The notes beneath the pieces were generated by a model. The model was not told where the DNA came from. It did not search any database and saw nothing but the letters and a program-made list of their open reading frames with translations. The position numbers and the translations under genes are program-made. Positions 12,714 through 24,719 of a stretch of DNA of 49,657 bases are shown here, piece by piece (position 1 is the stretch's first letter; every line of letters starts with the position of its first letter). The DNA is taken from NCBI RefSeq assembly GCF_006345805.1, contig NW_021834212.1, forward strand, positions 1 to 49,657, read 5' to 3'. This DNA is from Octopus sinensis. Lineage: Eukaryota.

Positions 12714-14027
12714 ATCATCATCATCATCATCGTTTAACGTCCGCTTTCCATGCTAGCATGGGTTGGACGGTTCAACTGGGGTCTGGGAAGCCCGAAGGCT
12801 GCACCAGGCCAGTCAGATGTGGCAGTGTTTCTACAGCTGGATGCCCTTCCTAACGCCAACCACTCCGAGAGTGTAGTGGGTGATTTTATGTGCCACCGAC
12901 ACAGGTGCCAGACGAGGCTGGCAGACGGCCACGCTCGGATGGTGTTTTTTATGTGCCACCGACACAGGTGCCAGACGAGGCTGGCTGACGGCCACGCTCG
13001 GATGGTGTTTTCTTATGTGTCACCGACACAGGTGCCAGACGAGGCTGGCGGACGGCCACGCTCGGATGGTGTTTGTTACGTGCCCTCAGCACGGAGGCCA
13101 GTCATTGCGGTACTGGCTACGGTCACGTTCGGATGGTTTTCTTATGTGCCACCAGCACTGGTACCACAAGGATACAAATTCCATTGATGTTCATCTATTT
13201 TGATTTTGTTCGATTTGATTTGATTTGATTCGATACGATTCTCACTTGCCTCAACAGGTCTTCACAAGTGTCACAAGAAGGAAGGTATGCACAGGTGGAC
13301 TGACTACGTCCCAGGTTGGGGCCACGGATTATGGCTTCACTAGTCTTGCCGGGTCTTCTCACGCACAGCATACTTCCATAGGTCTCGGTCTCTAGTCATT
13401 TCCATGGTGAGACCTAACGTCCGAAGGTCGTGCTTCACCACCTCGTCCCAGGTTTTCCTGGGTCTACCTCTTCCACGGGTTCCCTCAACTGCTAGGGATT
13501 GGCACTTTCTCACACACCTATCTTCATCCATTCTCGCCACATGACCATACCAGCGCAATCGTCTCTCTTGCACACAACAACTGATGCTTCTTAGGTACAA
13601 CATTTCTCTCAAGGTGCTAACGCTCTGTCGAGTAAGTACACTGACATTACACATCCATCGGAGCATACTGGCTTCGTTCCTCACGAGCTTACGCACGTCC
13701 TCAGCAGTCACGGCCCATGTTTCACTGCCATGTAGCATAGCTGTTCGTACACATGCATCATACAGTCTGCCTTTTACTCTGAGCGAGAGGCCTTTAGTCA
13801 CCAGCAGAGGTAAAAGCTCCCTAAACTTTGCCCAGGCTATTCTTATTCTAGCAGTTACACTTTCAGCGCACCCACCCCCACTACTGACTTGGTCACCTAG
13901 ATAGCGGAAGCTATCAACTTCTAGTTTTTCCCCCCGGAAAGTGACAGAAGTTGTTTTCTTTGCAGATTTTCAGAGGTCAATGCTCCAGAGCACCTGCCAC
14001 ATACAAAAACTATCTTCCCAGTTAGCC
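12711..14027 (-). mobile_element. Second 5'-truncated copy of the same RTE LINE; only ~3 conserved + 2 degenerate VNTR units
   Basis: ORF 13340-13801 KGRLYDACVRTAMLHGSETW...GRGRPRKTWDEVVKHDLR; same 3' module and (ATG)n tail. Confidence 0.93.
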
Positions 14028-14038
14028 TATATATATAT

Positions 14039-14131
<93 letters not shown>

Positions 14132-14172
14132 GAGGGCATTATACATACATGCCAGAAGGCATTATACATTGC

Positions 14173-14235
<63 letters not shown>

Positions 14236-14236
<1 letters not shown>

Positions 14237-14530
14237 GAGGCGCAATGGCCCAGGGTTAGGGCAGCGGACTTGCGGTTGTAGGATCACGGTTTCGATTCCC
14301 AGATCGGGCGTTGTGAGTGTTTATTGAGCGAAAATACCTAGAGCTCCATTAGTGGGGTGCTGGCAATCCCTACTGTACCCTTTCGCCACAACTTTCTCTC
14401 TCACTCTTTCTTCTGTTGGCCTGCTCGCTTAGCCAGCGGGGTGGCATCATTTCAAGTCTAAAATAATACAAAGCACATTGTGACCAGCGATGTGTAGCAA
14501 CATCTGATAGCCTGGTCGGTCACGGTGATA
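14236..14530 (+). mobile_element. tRNA-derived SINE family C
   Basis: Head ggaggcgcaatggcccagggttagg...ggtttcgattcc; its 3' end recurs inverted at 32200-32335 and 49553-49657. Confidence 0.8.
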
Positions 14531-14538
14531 TATATGTA

Positions 14539-16645
14539 TTGGGTTGTCTGGAAAGTTTGTGCCGATTGATAGTAGCTTGCCTTTTGACTTATTTTAGAAC
14601 ATGGTTGAGTCGATAAAATAGGATTTGACTACATCTCCATTTAGAGCACAGTTTAAGCTATCTTTTCGTGGAAGAAGGTTTATGTTCCTATAACCTGTGT
14701 TAATTCTGTAACCCTTTAAAATGGAAGATAAGAAAGTTCATTTTCGGTACTTGATGCTTTGGGAACCAGACAAAAATTGCTGCAGCTCGGCCGGGATGTG
14801 TTACCCCCACCCTCCATATTCACCAGATATTGCTCCTTCGGATTCCGACATATTCAGGTCTCTGCAGAATAGTCTTAATGGTAAAAATTTCAATTCCTTG
14901 GATGATGTAAAAAGATACCTTGATGAATTCTTTGCCATGAAACCACTCTCTTCAAACAACCTGACTTTCAGAGATCATCATTAAGTGACGAAAGAAATAT
15001 TGGGTTGTCCGGAAAGTTCTTGCCGATTTATAGTAGCTTACCTTTCGACTTCTTCTAGAACATGGTTGAATCCATAAAATAGGATTTGACTCCACCTCCA
15101 TTTAGAGCACAGTTTAAGCTATCTTTTCGTGGAAGAAGGTTTATGTTCCTATAATCTGTGTTAATTCTGTAACCCTTTAAAATGGAAGATAAGAAAGTTC
15201 ATTTTCGGCACTTGATGCTTTTCTGTAAAGGGAAAAATGCCTTACAAGCAACCAAAGAAATACACGCAGTTTACGGTGATGTTTCTTTATCCGAAAGAAC
15301 TGTATGGAAGTGGTTCGCAAGGTTCCGAGCTGGAGATTGTAGCCTTATTGATAAAGAGCAATCAGGCAGACCATCCACTACAGATGATGACCAAATCAAG
15401 TCATTAACTGAGAATAGCCCACATTGCACAACCCGAGAATTGGCAGAAAGCCTCAACCTATCAAAATCCGTTGTTCATAAGCACATGGTAAAGCTTGGGT
15501 ACATGAATCACTACGATGTTTGGGTACCACATGAGTTGAGTGAGAAGAACTTTTTGGATGGCATTTCCATCTGTGATTCGCTTTATAAACGGAAAGAAAA
15601 CGTGCCTTTTTTAGATCAAATTGTGACAGGTGATGAGAAATGGATTATCTACCGAAATGTTCAGAGAAAGTGATCCTGGAGTAAGCGACATGAGCCACCC
15701 TTAGCCACCCCAAAAGCAGGTCTTCACCCAAAAAAAGTCTTGCTTTGTGTCTGGTGGGATTGGAAAGGAATTCTGTACTCGTAACCAGACAATTCTGAGA
15801 AATACTGCACACAACTGGACGAGTTAAAAGCAGCAATTCCGGAGAAACGTCCAGAATTGGCCAACAGGAAGGGTGTTGTTTTCCAACATGATAATGCAAG
15901 ACCACACATTTCTTTGGGAACCAGACAAAAATTGCTGCAGCTCGGCTGAGATGTGTTACCCCCACCCTCAATATTCACCAGATATTGCTCCTTCAGATTT
16001 CCACTTATTTCTTATTTATATTAGGTTGTCTGGAAAGTTTGTGCCGATTTATAGTAGCTTACCTTTCGACTTATTTTAGAACATGGTTGAGTCGATAAAA
16101 TAGGATTTGACTACACCTCCATTTAGAGCAGAGTTTAAGCTATCTTTTCGTGGAAGAAGGTTTATGTTCCTAAAACCTGTGTTAATTCTGTAACCCTTTA
16201 AAATGGAAGACAAGAAAGTTCATTTTCGGCACTTGATGCTTTGGGAACCAGACAAAAATTGCTGTAGCTCGGCTGGGATGTGTTACCCCACCCTCCATAT
16301 TCACCAGATATTGCTCCTTCGGATTTCCACTTCTTTCTTATTTTTATTAGGTTGTCCGGAAAGTTTGTGCCGATTTATAGTAGCTTACCATTCGACTTAT
16401 TTTAGAACATGGTTGAGTCCCTAAAATAGGATTTGACTACACCTCCATTTAGAGCACAGTTTAAGCTATCTTTTCGTGGAAGAAGGTTTATGTTCCTATA
16501 ACCTGTGTTAATTCTGTAACCCTTTAAAATGGAAGACAAGAAAGTTCATTTTCGGCACTTGATGCTTTGGGAACCAGACAAAAATTGCTGCAGCTCGGCT
16601 GAGATGTGTTACCCCACCCTCCATATTCACCAGATATTGCTCCTA
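14539..16645 (+). mobile_element. Four head-to-tail mariner left-end copies (starts 14539, 15000, 16021, 16347)
   Basis: Each begins TT(G/A)GGTTGTC(C/T)GGAAAGTT after TA, then shares a leader and MEDKKVHFR; no right TIR seen. Confidence 0.9.
15182..16010 (+). pseudogene. Mariner (DD34D-type) transposase pseudogene
   Basis: WVPHEL, GDEKW, HDNARPH and YSPDIAPSD motifs, with stops and frameshifts. Confidence 0.92.
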
Positions 16646-16996
16646 ATTCACAAATCATGGGAGTTACCCATAGTGATCTCCTTTGGCAAACATTCTAGAA
16701 GCTTCCAAGAAATTGGATTTATGCCTCTTTCCATGTTATGAAACAGAACCTAAAGTCATTTGGTTAAGAGGCAAATTCCTTACCACACAGTAACATACAT
16801 ACATATACACACGTACATAAACACATACATACCTGTGCATATACATTCATACTTACATGCACATACACATATACAACCACAAATACATTCAAAAACACCC
16901 ACACACATACATGTATATGCATCCATATATATGTATATACACACACATGCACACACACAGATATATATATATATATATATACATACACAAACACAC

Positions 16997-17077
<81 letters not shown>

Positions 17078-17153
17078 CACACACACACATATATATATAT
17101 ATATTTATATACATACACAAACACACAGATATATATATATATATACATTACAT

Positions 17154-17198
<45 letters not shown>

Positions 17199-17639
17199 TA
17201 CATACACACACATATATATATACATGCACACTCAAATATATATATATATGTACACATATATAAGTATACATATGCATGTATATACATACATACATACATA
17301 TATGCAGATACATATGTGGGTGTGTGTGTGTGTGTGTGTATGCATGCATGTATATACGTATGTATGGATGTACATTACTACAGATATACATGTGTATAAC
17401 CCAGAAGAAACATGCCTTCTTAGTTGACACACCATGACGGACTTATCGTCGGCTCTCAGTCAATTGACCACTCCTAAAACTATTAACATGTTCTGGATAT
17501 GTCGATAATTAATACAAACATGTTAGACATGATTCAGTTATTTATATAAACTGAAAACCGATGGCTGACTCGGTTTCTGGTGCATTTTTATGAGCAAAAA
17601 AAGCTCCCCTTCTTAACACACACATACACACACACACAT

Positions 17640-18319
17640 ATATATATTTTTGTGTGAGTGTATGTGTATTTATATATTCTCCTTTTACTTGTTTCAGTCA
17701 TTTGGCTGCGGCCATGCTGGAGCACCGCCTTTAGTCGAGCTAATCGACCCCGGGACTTATTCTTTTGTAAGCCTAGTACTTAGTCTATCGCCCTCTTTTG
17801 CTGAACTGCTAAGTTACAGGGACATAAACGCACCAGCATCGGTTGTCAAGCAATGTTGGGGTGACAAACACAGACACACAAACATACACACACATATATA
17901 TACGACAGGCTTCTTTCAGTTTCCGTCTACCAAATCCACTCACAAGGCTTTGGTCAGCCCGAGGCTATAGTAGAAGACACTTGCCCAAGGTGCCACGCAG
18001 TGAGACTGAACCCGGAACCATGTGGTTGGTTAGCAAGCTACTTACCACATAGCCACTCCTGTGCCTATATATATATAACATATATATATTCTTGTGTGAG
18101 TGTGCGTGTATTTATATATTCTTCTTTTATTTGTTTCAGTCATTTGGCTGTGGCCATGCTGGAGCACCGCATTTAGTTGAGCAAATCGACCCCCAGGACT
18201 TATTCTTTGTAAGCCCTGTACTTATTGTATCGGTATCTTTTGCTGAACTGCTAAGTTACAGGGACATAAACACACCAGCATCGGTTGTCAAGCAATGCTA
18301 GGGGGACAAACACAGACAC

Positions 18320-18392
<73 letters not shown>

Positions 18393-18990
18393 CGACGGGC
18401 TTCTTTCAATTTCCATCTACCAAATCCACTCACAAGGCATTGGTCGGCCCGAGGCTATAGCAGAAGGCACTTGCCCAAGATGCCACGCAGTGGGACTGAA
18501 CCCGGAACCTTGTGGTTGGTTAGCAAGCTACTTACCACATAGCCACTCCTGTGCCTATATATATATAACATATATATATTCTTGTGTGAGTGTGTGTGTA
18601 TTTATATATTCTTCTTTTATTTGTTTCAGTCATTTGCTGCGGCCATGCTGGAGCACCGCCTTTAGTCGAGCAAATCGACCCCGGGACTTATTCTTTTGTA
18701 AGCCCAGTACTTAGTCTATCGGTATCTTTTGCCGAACCACTAAGTGATGGGGACATAAATACACCAGCATCAGTTGTCAATCGATGTTGGGGGGACAAAC
18801 ACACACACTTATATATATACACATATACATATATACAATGGGCTTCTTTCAGCTTCTGTCTACCAAATCCACTCACAAGGCATTGGTCGGCCCGGGGCTA
18901 TAGTAGAAGACACTTGCTCAAGGTGCCACACAGTGGGACTGAACCCGGAACCATGTGGTTGGTAAGCAAGCTACTCCTGCGCCTATATAG
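17640..18990 (-). mobile_element. Three tandem SINE-A copies, each with the same flanking segment
   Basis: Flank ttgtgtgagtgtg(c/t)gtgtatttatatattct precedes each copy (~17650, 18092, 18582). Confidence 0.9.
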
Positions 18991-19096
18991 CCACATGCAA
19001 ATTTTCTGTACAAGGTTTCCAGCATAAGTATCACCAAGTCATGCATCATGTCTTTTTTCCATGGCATCAGTTAACCAAATATTTATTTTCTCTGAG

Positions 19097-19966
19097 ACAA
19101 ACTTAGATCGAGATGGTAACTGCACTCCAGAAATAAGGCGGCGTATAGTACTAGGTAGAGAGGCAATGGTCAGCATGGGAAAGGTCTGGAAGGGTAGAGA
19201 CTTCAGCCTCGCTACCAGATGCTGATTGGTTTTTGTTTGCTGTTTGTTCCTTCTCGAGCCATGCCTGGCTCATAAGGGCCGGTTTCTCGGTTTCCTTGGC
19301 GTATAGGTTCCCCACCTGGACGGGACGCTGGTCCGTTGCAGGTGAGCTGCAAGATGCAGGAGGAAAGAGTGAGAGAAAGTTGTGGCGAAAGAGTCAGCAG
19401 AAGTTTCACCATTACCTTCTGCCGGATCTGCGTGGAGCTTAGGTGTTTCACCCAGTTTGAGATTCGAACCCACGATCCCTCGACCGTTAGTCCGCTGCTC
19501 TAACGACTAGGCCATGTGCCTCTACAAATGCTGATTGGTGAATGCAATCGTCTTCCCAATAGCAACATATGGATGCGAGACCTGGACACTAAAGAAAGCT
19601 GACCAGAAGAGAATTAATGCATTCAAGCTTTGGTGTTGGAGAAGACTTTTACGGACTCCATGGACAGCGAGGCTCACCAACAGAGAAGTTCTTGGCCAGA
19701 TCAAGCCGAAACTGTCGCTGGAAGCTAGGATCACCAAGCATAGATTGGCATATTTTGGTCATATGTGGAGAAAATCCCTGGAGAAGGACATCATGCTCGG
19801 AATGGTCAGTGGCAAGAGAGGAAGAGGCCGACTAAGAACCTGCTGGCTTGACACCATCAGGAGTGATACCGGAATGGACATAGCCAATCTGAAAGAAGCG
19901 GCCCAGGATAGAACTGACTGGATGACACTGATCCAACGAGTGACCGAGAGTCGACTGAGCAGATAG
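19097..19966 (+). mobile_element. RTE-BovB-like LINE 3' fragment, interrupted by a SINE; (GATA)n tail
   Basis: GNCTPEIRRRIVLGR...VNAIVFPIATYGCETWTLKKADQKRINAFKLWCWRRLLRTPWTAR...YFGH...GRGR...VTESR. Confidence 0.88.
19231..19524 (-). mobile_element. tRNA-SINE related to family C, inserted in the BovB-like LINE with a 15-bp TSD
   Basis: TSD ca(g/a)atgctgattggt at 19216-19230 and 19525-19539; head gaggcacatggcctagtcgttagagc...ggttcgaatc. Confidence 0.85.
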
Positions 19967-19970
19967 ATAA

Positions 19971-20001
<31 letters not shown>

Positions 20002-20036
20002 TATAATATGTAACGTGTATATATTAAATATAACAT

Positions 20037-20292
20037 AGGACACTGATCCAACGAGTGACCGAGAGTCGACTTCGACTGAGCGGATATATATATATATATA
20101 TAGGAATGGTCAGTGGCAAGAGAGGAAGAGGCCGACCAAGAACCCGCTGGCTTGACACCATCAGGAGTGATACCGGAATGGACATAGCCAATCTGAAAGA
20201 AGCGACCCAGGATAGAACTGACTGGAGGACACTGATCCATCGAGTAACCGAGAATCGACTTCGACTGAGCGGATAGATAGATAGATAGATAG
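20037..20292 (+). mobile_element. Two additional short 3'-end copies of the BovB-like LINE
   Basis: 20037-20085 and 20103-20276 repeat the terminus of 19800-19966. Confidence 0.85.
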
Positions 20293-20532
20293 AGGCAAGC
20301 TAGTTCAAACATTGTAATTCAAACAGAATTACACTACATATGTAACAATATTTGATGAGCAACAGCAATTAAAGTAATTATGGGTCATTAGATTTCATTT
20401 AGTTTAAGTAAGATGCAAGAACATTTTTAGTATTAAAAGATTCTCGTAAATGTAGCATCAGTTATAATAGAATTGGCCTTTTATTTCCATGCATAAATTT
20501 TTAACTCTTATCATGTAATTAAACATACATAA

Positions 20533-21984
20533 TCTCTCTATATATAAACGGCAACATGTCTGTCTGTGTGCGTGTCCTTTATACAAATCCACAATTTTTC
20601 AGTTAGAGGGCTCGCACTTTCTATGGTCATTCAAAACCGTCCAAGGGTGATCGTGCACATCTTTACATTTCCCCAGTCACCCCGCAAATCTCTCTATATA
20701 TAAACAGCAAAATGTCTGTGTGTGTGTGTGTGTGTCCTTTATAAAAATCCACAATTTTCAGTTAGAGGGCTCGCTTTTTCTATGGTCATTCAAAACCGTC
20801 CAAGGGTTGTCGTGCACATCTTTACATTTCCCCAGTCATCCCGCAAATCTCTCTATATATAAATGGCAAAATGTCTGTTTGTGTGTGTGTCCTTTATACA
20901 AATCCACAATTTTCAGTTAGAGGGCTCGCACTTTCTATGGTCATTCAAAACCGTCCAAGGGTGATCGTGCACATCTTTACATTTCCCCAGTCACCCCGCA
21001 AATCTCTCTATATATAAACAGCAAAATGTCTGTGTGTGTGTGTCCTTTATACAAATCCACAATTTTCAGTTAGAGGGCTCGCTTTTTCTATGGTCATTCA
21101 AAACCGTCCAAGGGTTGTCGTGCACATCTTTACATTTCCCCAGTCACCCCGCAAATCTCTCTATATATAAACGGCAAAATGTCTGTGTGTGTATCCTTTA
21201 TACAAATCCACAATTTTTCAGTTAGAGGTCTTGCACTTTCTATGGTAATTCAAAACTGTCCAAGGGTGGTCGTGCACATCTTTACATTTCCCCAGTCACC
21301 CCGCAAAGCCATTAAATATATATATAAATGGCAAAATGTCTGTCTGCGTGTGTGTCCTTTATACAAATCCACAATTTTTCAATTAGAGGGCTCGCACTTT
21401 CTATGGTCATTCAAAACCGTCCAAGGGTTGTCGTGCACATCTTTACATTTCCCCAGTCATCCCACAAATCTCTCTATATATAAACGGCAAAATGTCTGTG
21501 TGTGTCCTTTATACAAATCCACAATTTTTCAGTTAGAGGTCTTGCACTTTCTATGGTCATTCTAAACTGTCCAAGGGTGGTCATGCACATCCTTACATTT
21601 CCCCAGTCTCCCCACAAATCTCTCTATATATAAATGGCAAAATGTCTGTCTGTGTGTGTGTTCTTTATACAAATCCACAATTTTTCAGTTAGAGGGCTTG
21701 CACTTTCCATGGTCATTCAAACCCGTCCAAGGGTGGTCGTGCACATCTTTACATTTCCCCAGTCACCCCGCAAAGCCATTAAAAAATCAATAGAGGTGAC
21801 TTTTGTGAATTTTCTATCCAAAACCCAATCAAAATGCCCAAAACTTGATACGCCAATTGAATGCCAGCTAGCTGTATGGGATTGGTCGGAGATTTGGACA
21901 GTACTCGCGTGTATGTGTGCACACACGCAGCTGTATATGCATGCACTAGCACTATGACCCAGCGTAGCTGGGTCATAGTGCTAG
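20533..21984 (+). mobile_element. Non-autonomous Helitron with its 5' ~155 bp amplified 8 times
   Basis: A|TCTCTCTATATATAAA start; ends in a hairpin with CTAG|T; each tandem unit restarts at the 5' terminus. Confidence 0.72.
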
Positions 21985-22305
21985 TGTAGAATTAAAAATG
22001 TACAAAATTTTTTCCAATCTTTTGTTTTGATATATTATTAATCTGCAAATAGAACTCAACATAAATTTTTAATGCTATATATTATATCGTATTCAAAATT
22101 AAATATCTATTTATATACATTTGGTTAATGTGAACATGCAGCTATGCTTCATGTGGACACAACATGGATGATAGCACAATATACAAATATACTTATGTTT
22201 ACACACACACACATATAAATAGATACACACACACATACACACACGCACATGATCAGTATTCAATTTATAGAAGAAAAGAAAATGGAGAGTTGAACGTTAA
22301 TAATT

Positions 22306-22496
22306 AGAGTGGCCGTGTGGTAAGTAGCTTGCTTACCAACCACATGGTTCCGGATTCCTTCCCACTGTGTGGCACCTTGGGCATGTGTCTTCTACTATAG
22401 CCTCAGGCTGACCAAAGCCTTGTGAGTGGATTTAGTAGACTGAAACTGAAAGAAGCCCGTCGTATATATGTATATATATATATATATTATATATAT

Positions 22497-22540
<44 letters not shown>

Positions 22541-22775
22541 ATATATATAAGTGTGTGTGTCTGTGTTTGTCCCCCCTACACCGCTTGACAACCGATGCTG
22601 GTGTGTTTATGTCCCCCGTTACTTAGCGGTTCGGCAAAAGGGACTGATAGAATAAGTACTGGGCTTACAAAAGAATAAGTCCCGGGGTCGATTTGCTCGA
22701 CTAAAAGGCGGTGTTCCAGCATGGTCGCAGTCAAATGACTGAAACAAGTAAAATAGTAAAAATAGTAAATAGTAA
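22306..22775 (+). mobile_element. SINE family A
   Basis: Full head-to-tail match with an internal (TA)n tract. Confidence 0.9.
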
Positions 22776-22927
22776 ATTGATTATTCTTAGTTCCTATAAC
22801 TGTTTCCATTAGTGCTCATTAAATAAGTTGCGAATTTATGCTTTAAATTTGCATTTATAATATATGAGCAAAAATATCATGAGGGAAAAAGCTATACATT
22901 AAAAGATTATATGTTGACCTCTTAGTT

Positions 22928-23640
22928 GACTTGACTTGACAGCATTCACCCTGGGTAGATTGAGCTGGCTTCATTCACCCTCAATGCTGCATCTCTTACA
23001 AACGCTGACCAGGCCTGGCAATTTGAGGCTAACAACCGCGTGATCTCCAACCACTCCTTATTCCAGTGGCGAACGCCGTAGATATGGGGGCCTAGGTTGG
23101 GTTCCAGATCAGCCTTGACTGTCATCAGCCAGGTTTTTCATTGTCCACCACATCGCTTTCGCCAACCCTGAGGAGGGGCTGGGGCAATTGCTTCGTAGGT
23201 TGGGTTCCAGATCAGCCTTGACTGTCATCAGCCAGGTTTTTCATTGTCCACCACATCACTTTCGCCAACCCTGAAGAGGGGCTGGGGCAATTGCTTCGTA
23301 GGTTGGGTTCCAGATCAGCCTTGACTGTCATCAGCCAGGTTTTTCATTGTCCACCACATCACTTTCGCCAACCCTGAAGAGGGGCTGGGGCAATTGCTTC
23401 GTAGGTTGGGTTCCAGATCAGCCTTGACTCTCATCAGCCAGGTTTTTCGTTGTGCACCACATCGCTTTCGCCAACCCTGAAAGGGAGCTGAGGCAATTGC
23501 TTCATAGATGAATTCTCCTGGTTGACGATGGAGGGCATGACCCAGCCAACGCAGACATCTCGTTAGGATGACTTGTCGAAGGGAGGTGATTCTGCACTGG
23601 TGTCGCACCGAATTGTGGGAGACAAAGTGATGCCATCTTA
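22928..23640 (-). mobile_element. RTE-type LINE 3' fragment with an internal 103-bp segment repeated 4 times; (TCAAG)n tail
   Basis: LRWLGHALHR...GWRKRCGAQRKTW; repeat units start ~23094, 23197, 23300, 23403. Confidence 0.8.
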
Positions 23641-24024
23641 GTTCATACCAGTAGACTAAATATATGGAGTTATTTTATTAACTAAGAGATCAGCATGTAA
23701 TATTTGAATGTATATCCTTTTTCCTGATAATATTTTTGTTCTTTTCTAATAAATGCAAATTTAAAGCATAAATTTGTAATTTATTTAATGAGCACTAATG
23801 GAAACAACTGTAGGAACTAAGAATTATTAATTTATTAATAATTATTAACTTTCAACTCTACATTTTTTTACCTTTCTGTTAATTGGATACTGATGATATA
23901 CTTAATATATACTTATTAATTTAGGGAAATTTTATTTCCCAAAGATATTAAGATGTCGAACCTGAGTTTCCTTGGATATAATAATCCCTTTAAGAGGTTA
24001 ATATACCCTCTAATTAACATATAA

Positions 24025-24255
24025 ATTTCTTTACTACCCACAAGGGGCTAAACACAGAGAGGACAAACAAGGACAGACAAGCGGATTAAGTCGATTATAT
24101 CGACCCCAGTGCGTAACTGGTACTTATTTAATCGACCCCAAAAGGATGAAAGGCAAAGTCGACCTTGGCGGAATTTGAACTCAGAACGTAACGGCAGACG
24201 AAATACGGCTACACATTTCGCCCGGCGTGCTAACGATTCTGCCAGCTCGCCGCCT
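24025..24255 (-). mobile_element. SINE family B (MetaSINE-like), full length, with ~17-bp TSD
   Basis: Head ggcggcgagctggcagaatcgttag...gagttcaaattcc; TSD cctctaattaacatata at 24007-24023 and 24261-24277. Confidence 0.88.
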
Positions 24256-24549
24256 TATATCCTCTAATTAACATATATATATATATACACACTCACATCT
24301 ATGTACACACATATCACACATATATATATATGCATATATACAAACACGCATGTGCGCACACAACACACACACATATATAGATTTATGTATAAGTGTATAT
24401 ACATATATATATATATTATATTTTTCAAGATAGTGAGTGAGACGTACAGTGACAAGGAGATGCAGTGATGGATAGACAGAGTGTGTATTTTGAATGCCAC
24501 ATTTAGAAGTGGAAGCCTAAGACATGGTCCACGGATCTACAGAACTCAC

Positions 24550-24579
24550 CTCCCCCTGCCGCACCAGGTGGTTTTTTGG
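24550..24579 (-). CDS. 30-nt phase-1 microexon, (A)KKPPGAAGG, of an unidentified gene
   Basis: tttgttttactttataattctAG|CCAAAAAACCACCTGGTGCGGCAGGGGGAG|GTGAGT; same length, phase and GGAG|GTGAGT end as the other two. Confidence 0.7.
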
Positions 24580-24719
24580 CTAGAATTATAAAGTAAAACA
24601 AAAACAAACCAAAAATTAAGGAGTACAGGTGGAGTAACTTTAGGAATGCAGGGAAAATAATATAAAAAATACAGGTAAGGTTATAAAGAAAGCAGGTAAA
24701 ATTATACAAAGAGTACAGG

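Larger units (their letters stand above)
22251..23895. mobile_element. Old fold-back element (arms ~22251-22927 and ~23678-23895), each arm carrying a decayed hammerhead; a SINE and a LINE are nested inside
   Basis: Arms are reverse complements; two-arm consensus TTCC-CTGATGA...GAAAC-AGCT-GTA/GGAA (22791-22887 -, 23720-23816 +). Confidence 0.65.

Noticed and set aside
14236-14310. tRNA gene (also other SINE heads)
   Set aside because: A/B-box-like motifs run straight into SINE bodies and no complete cloverleaf is evident
17555-17620. Half hammerheads (GAAAC-cga-GTC on minus; similarly 23950-23975)
   Set aside because: No CUGANGA half is found, so they are not called
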